Source: Candidatus Sumerlaeia bacterium (GTDB lineage Bacteria; Sumerlaeota; Sumerlaeia; SLMS01). From it: a stretch of 11,736 bases of DNA. Location: positions 1 through 11,736 of the forward strand of contig JBBQYG010000131.1 in the NCBI GenBank assembly GCA_038208905.1, read 5' to 3'. The notes under the pieces were generated by a model that was given only the letters and a program-made list of their open reading frames with translations, was not told where the DNA came from and ran no database searches. Within the stretch, counting starts at the first letter, position 1. Each line of letters opens with the position of its first letter. Positions 7,899 to 11,736 of this stretch are shown piece by piece. The translations under genes and the position numbers were made by a program.

Positions 7899-8164
7899 GG
7901 GTCGGGCCATGCGGCAGCGATCGCCGGATCTTCGCGTTCCGTAAAACCCCCTCCGCATCCAACCATTCAGGCCCGAACTCGCTCGCGGGAGCGGGAGTCG
8001 GCACGGTCATTCTGTGCATCGGTGCGTCCGGACCACCGATGCTTGGCGGCCGTCTCAATTCCCATCCCCTGAACGCGATTGACTGATGGGAAGCGCCGCG
8101 CTCACCGGCAGGCGCCCCCCGGGCGGCCTCAGTGCCGCCCTGCCAATCCTCAGGGTATGACCAC

Positions 8165-9478
8165 ATGAAAAGCAGTCACCTCGTTTCGTCGCTTGCCGCC
8201 GTGCTTGCCACGGCCGCTTCCACCGGCAGGGCCGAGTGGTCCTCCATCCATCGCGACGCCGGCAACAACGCCGTCGCGCCCATCGCCGCCTCCATCACCG
8301 ACCTTACGTCGAACGCGCAGTTTTCCACCGGCCTTGCCGACATTGCCAACGCATGCCGCCCCATCGTCGCGGGTGGCAGGGTCTATGCCGTGGCGACGCA
8401 GCTCTCTCCCGAGCGCATCCGGATCAAGTCCTTCGACAAGACCAACCTAACGCCCGGACCGGAGAGCGCCGACCTCGACGCGGGCGTGTCCGTTTCCTTC
8501 GGTACCGCCTCGGCTCCGCTCGTTGTTACCGCCGATGATGCGCTGTACTTCGGCACCGGCTCCACCGTGTATAGACTTAATGCTTCCACCCTGACGCAGA
8601 CTGGCGCGGCGTGGTCCACGATGCTATCGGCCACCAACACCTCGGCCGGCGCCTACTACATGATTCTGAACTCGAGCCCCGCGGCGGGCGGAAGCTCGAT
8701 TCTGGTAAAGACGTATCCCACCGCATTTGGCGACATTGCCGGATCTCAGGTCGTGTCGCTCAGCAAGACCACCGGCGCGGTCGAGTGGTATGCCGTCACG
8801 GGCGGGCGCGGCAGCCACAGCCCCGCCTATGTTGATCTGGGCGCGAGCAAGGTCGTCATCGCGGAGCGTCAGGTTTCCAATGCGGAGATTGGCCTTCGCG
8901 CCTACGATGCCGCCTCCACGGGCGCCGCCACGCCAATCTGGACCTCCTCCTGGACCCTGACGGCCGGTGGCTTTCACGGCTTCTGGGGCGACATGCTGGT
9001 GGACGGCGGCAAGATTTACACCATCACCACCGACCTTGCGTTTCCGGGCCCCGCGGCGGGTCATTTGATCCGCGTGGACGCGGCAACGGGCACGCTCGAT
9101 TGGAGCACGCTCACCATCGGGAGCGACGTGCCCCCGGCGCTCGTGGGCGGAGAGCTGATTGTCTTCGCCGACGGCGGGAATCTGCTGCGATTCAACCCCG
9201 CCACCGGCGCCCAGATCGGGTCCACGGTCAACGTGGGCGGCAACGCCTTCCGCAACTACTTCGCCGCCACCAACGACTCGCTCTACCTGGCGCAGTCGGG
9301 TAACGGCATCCGCAAGTTCACGCTGACGGGAACACTTCAGAGCAGCAGCACGATCGCCGCCTTTGGCGGGCCAGTCTCCATCGATTCCGCCACTGGGTTC
9401 CTCTATGTGCCCACCAGCTCGGGATCGTTGAACGTCGTCACCGGAGCCAGCGGCGTCGCCGACTGGCTCGGCTACTGA
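8165..9478 (+). CDS. Secreted PQQ/BamB-like beta-propeller protein, 437 aa, downstream of the B12 riboswitch
   Basis: Sec-type signal MKSSHLVSSLAAVLATAASTGRA|EW. EWSSIHRDAGNN resembles the N-terminus of PQQ-like propellers. Trp-docking repeats LSKTTGAVEW, VDAATGTLDW, FNPATGAQI. Ser/Thr/Gly/Ala-rich; ends SGVADWLGY. Confidence 0.8.
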   Translation: MKSSHLVSSLAAVLATAASTGRAEWSSIHRDAGNNAVAPIAASITDLTSNAQFSTGLADIANACRPIVAGGRVYAVATQLSPERIRIKSFDKTNLTPGPESADLDAGVSVSFGTASAPLVVTADDALYFGTGSTVYRLNASTLTQTGAAWSTMLSATNTSAGAYYMILNSSPAAGGSSILVKTYPTAFGDIAGSQVVSLSKTTGAVEWYAVTGGRGSHSPAYVDLGASKVVIAERQVSNAEIGLRAYDAASTGAATPIWTSSWTLTAGGFHGFWGDMLVDGGKIYTITTDLAFPGPAAGHLIRVDAATGTLDWSTLTIGSDVPPALVGGELIVFADGGNLLRFNPATGAQIGSTVNVGGNAFRNYFAATNDSLYLAQSGNGIRKFTLTGTLQSSSTIAAFGGPVSIDSATGFLYVPTSSGSLNVVTGASGVADWLGY

Positions 9479-9479
9479 C

Positions 9480-10781
9480 ATGCGTATAGCAAGATATACA
9501 GCCACAGTTCTTGTGCTGCTATCCGGCGTGGCCTCCGGCGGATTCCTTCCGCCGGAGGCCGTCACCGACGGCGCAGGCCAGGATCAGCTTGCCCGCAACC
9601 CCACCAAGGCCATCGCCATCGACGTGGATGGCCGCCTGCATCTCGCCTATTGGCGTGGTGGCTCCGTGACGACCGTGGCGGAGCCCTCCTACGTGCTCTA
9701 TCGCGGTTGGTCAGTCGGCTCGGGCTGGAGCGCGGAGGAGATTGTCGATGAGTCCTTCATTGGGCCCGACCGGCTTGGGGGGCGAAGTCCTTCGCTCGCC
9801 ATCGACGCCCGCGGCGACCTCTGGCTCGCGTGGCACGACCACCGCCACAGCACGGCATTGCAAGGATACATCGACAATCTGGAGATATATGCCGACGTCC
9901 GCCTGTCAAGCGGCGGCGGATTTTCAAGTATCGATCTTCGCCTCACCACCACCGCGGCGGGCGGAGCGGGGGACAATGGCTACCTCCCGATGTTGGCCCC
10001 ACACGTCGATGGCAGCCTGAGTGTCGCGTGGTACGACTTCACTGCCGACGCCGCCGTTTCTGACATCTACCTCAAGCAGTCGGACGCCTCCGGCGCGTTC
10101 AACCTGGCGGAGCCGGTATCCTCGCTCCGAGTCACCAACAAGGACGATCGCGGCGGCTCGCCCGCATTTACCGTTGCCGACCTGTCGGTTGATGCCACGG
10201 GCAGGCGGCATCTGGCGTGGGCCACGGGGACGTCGGCTGCGGGGGCCGATATTTACTACGCCTCCGCGTCCACTGGATCCGTGGCCGCCTCGCCGCAAGC
10301 GATCTCAACAGGCACCTCCAGTTTTTTCGACACACCGCGCGTACTTGCCGCAGCCACAGGCGATGTCTGGATCTACTGGTCGGATTCATCGAATGCGAGC
10401 GACAAGGAAATCCGCCTCCGCCGACTCCGCGCGGGCGAGGCCACCTTCGATGCCGTCACCACGCCGGAACCAGCGGCAGGCTCTCAGGTCCAGCCCGCAC
10501 TCGCCATCGGTGCCGCGGGGGACATGCACTTAGCATGGATCGACGAGCCCACGAATCGCGTCGTGTATAGACACTACCCGTCGCCCGGAGCCCCCGCCGA
10601 CGGCACCGAAACCATTGCCGCGGGAACCGGTCCGCTCCAGCGCATCGCGATGACGCTGAACGCCGACGGTCGGCCCCACCTCGTCATCGAGGAAAGCCTC
10701 GGATTCACCGCGCGCCGCCTGTGGCACGCGCGCCCCACCGACGCCGAGATGGGAGTGGATGGGTGGAATCTCTACAAGTAA
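9480..10781 (+). CDS. Secreted beta-propeller-like repeat protein, 433 aa
   Basis: One nucleotide after the previous stop. Signal MRIARYTATVLVLLSGVASG. About seven blade-like repeats: AIDVDGRLHLAYW, AIDARGDLWLAW, PHVDGSLSVAW, SVDATGRRHLAW, AAATGDVWIYW, AIGAAGDMHLAW, LNADGRPHLVI. Ends MGVDGWNLYK. Confidence 0.8.
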   Translation: MRIARYTATVLVLLSGVASGGFLPPEAVTDGAGQDQLARNPTKAIAIDVDGRLHLAYWRGGSVTTVAEPSYVLYRGWSVGSGWSAEEIVDESFIGPDRLGGRSPSLAIDARGDLWLAWHDHRHSTALQGYIDNLEIYADVRLSSGGGFSSIDLRLTTTAAGGAGDNGYLPMLAPHVDGSLSVAWYDFTADAAVSDIYLKQSDASGAFNLAEPVSSLRVTNKDDRGGSPAFTVADLSVDATGRRHLAWATGTSAAGADIYYASASTGSVAASPQAISTGTSSFFDTPRVLAAATGDVWIYWSDSSNASDKEIRLRRLRAGEATFDAVTTPEPAAGSQVQPALAIGAAGDMHLAWIDEPTNRVVYRHYPSPGAPADGTETIAAGTGPLQRIAMTLNADGRPHLVIEESLGFTARRLWHARPTDAEMGVDGWNLYK

Positions 10782-10987
10782 TCGCCGATCAAGAATCTGG
10801 GAAGGACACCGACCTCCTCCCCGGGGATTCCTACCTGGAAGGCACCCGCATCGTCTTCACCGAGGCATACCACCGGCGGCGCGGATGGTGCTGTGGGTTG
10901 GGATGTCGGCATTGTCCGTGGAGGGAGGACGCCCCCTGCGCGGCCTCCGCGCGCGATGCTACGCCCACTGCGAAAAATCTTGGTTGA
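10763..10987 (+). CDS. DUF5522 family small Cys-rich protein, about 74 aa
   Basis: GDSYLEGTRIVFTEAYHRRRGWCCGLGCRHCPW fits the DUF5522 pattern (FT-x3-H-x2-RG-x-CC-x2-GCRHCP). Probable start is GTG 10763 with GGAG at 10752-10755; start uncertain. Confidence 0.82.
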   Translation: MESLQVIADQESGKDTDLLPGDSYLEGTRIVFTEAYHRRRGWCCGLGCRHCPWREDAPCAASARDATPTAKNLG

Positions 10988-11069
10988 TCCCCCTTTTTCT
11001 CGGTTGACTTTCGCGAACGATATGGTCAAGGTCCGGCTATCTTTTGGAAAGTCGAGATACTCATATCTC

Positions 11070-11736
11070 ATGAAAAATTCACTCTTGATTGCCGCTGTAT
11101 GCGCCTTAAGCTCGCTCGGTTACTCACAAACCGTCACGGTGGACGGGACATCCGCCCCCCCGACCAACTATCCTACGATCACTGCCGCCCTGTTGAGCTT
11201 TGACTCGGGCACCTCGGGGCCGAATGCAGGCAATTTGGCCCCCAACGTGATTAACGTCACCACCTTTGGACCCCACGATGTTCGGATTCCCGTGCTCGGC
11301 ACGGGTGCCGTAACCCTTATCGGCGCGGCCGTTCAGGTGGTTGATGGCACCGAGGGCTTCTCGATCATCGGCGTCGGAATCAAGCCGCTTATCCTCGTCC
11401 AAAACAACGAGGTCTCCACTGGCGACGGAATCGTCATCCAGAACGGCGCCACAAACACCTTCGAGAACCTGATCATGGCGCCTTCGCCGACGGGTGCTGC
11501 GGTTGGCGACGATCTGATCAATCTGATTGGAACCAATTCCCGGCTCGACGTCATTGATTCGGTGATCACCTGCCTTCCCGCCGCATCGGCGACATACACC
11601 TCGATCGGCGATATTCCCGCGGGCTTGCTCGATGGCAGCGCCGTGGCGGACGCAACAGTGATCCGCACGGGCGACAACGGCGTTTTCGTGGGAGCCACGG
11701 GAAACACCAACGTCGTTCTCAACTTCAACAATAGCG
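11070..11736 (+). CDS. Secreted protein, probable right-handed beta-helix (pectin lyase-like) fold; truncated by the window edge
   Basis: Manually translated open frame from ATG 11070 to the end: MKNSLLIAAVCALSSLGYS|QTVTVDGTSAPPTNYPTITAAL...NVINV...GDGIVI...TFENLIM...DSVIT...GDNGVF...LNFNNS. Signal peptide plus a Y-P-T-I-x-A-A cap typical of beta-helix proteins. Absent from the ORF track because it has no stop in the window. Confidence 0.8.
   Translation, partial: MKNSLLIAAVCALSSLGYSQTVTVDGTSAPPTNYPTITAALLSFDSGTSGPNAGNLAPNVINVTTFGPHDVRIPVLGTGAVTLIGAAVQVVDGTEGFSIIGVGIKPLILVQNNEVSTGDGIVIQNGATNTFENLIMAPSPTGAAVGDDLINLIGTNSRLDVIDSVITCLPAASATYTSIGDIPAGLLDGSAVADATVIRTGDNGVFVGATGNTNVVLNFNNS

Noticed and set aside
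7465..8166. ORFs spanning the riboswitch and leader (7465-8166 minus, 7736-8086 plus, 7752-7958 minus)
   Set aside because: No recognisable protein features; the region is better explained as structured regulatory RNA.
8165..9478. Assignment as BamB, a PQQ dehydrogenase or BtuG
   Set aside because: No lipobox, no bam/der context, no recognisable dehydrogenase catalytic motifs and no visible BtuG similarity; only a generic propeller is supported.
11004..11026. Sigma70 promoter TTGACT...TATGGT for the last gene
   Set aside because: The spacer is only 11 nt.
1..11736. CRISPR array, tRNA/rRNA, transposase or integrase
   Set aside because: No regularly spaced repeats, RNA gene signatures or recombinase motifs seen by eye.

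Overview
High-GC bacterial window with six blocks. (1) A compositionally distinct DUF5677/HEPN-like gene (70-1050) flanked by an imperfect direct repeat. (2) A minus-strand ssuBAC-like sulfonate/nitrate/taurine-family ABC importer with a candidate Rrf2/CymR-type operator over its promoter. (3) A Phd/YefM-PIN toxin-antitoxin pair whose toxin appears decayed: one base change could explain both the lost toxin start and the lost antitoxin stop, and a catalytic Asp is replaced. (4) A DegT-family sugar aminotransferase divergent from a TMTC-like GT-C glycosyltransferase with C-terminal TPR-like helices. (5) A cobalamin riboswitch with a long structured leader upstream of two secreted beta-propeller proteins and a Cys-rich DUF5522 protein, with no btuB/btuFCD in this unit. 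(6) A truncated secreted beta-helix-like gene missed by the ORF track. The best candidate for an undescribed system is block 5: a putative B12-regulated extracellular corrinoid-scavenging module whose two unrelated secreted proteins both end in a G-V-x-x-W-x-x-Y tail that may be a sorting signal. All family assignments come from motif recognition by eye; no searches were run.
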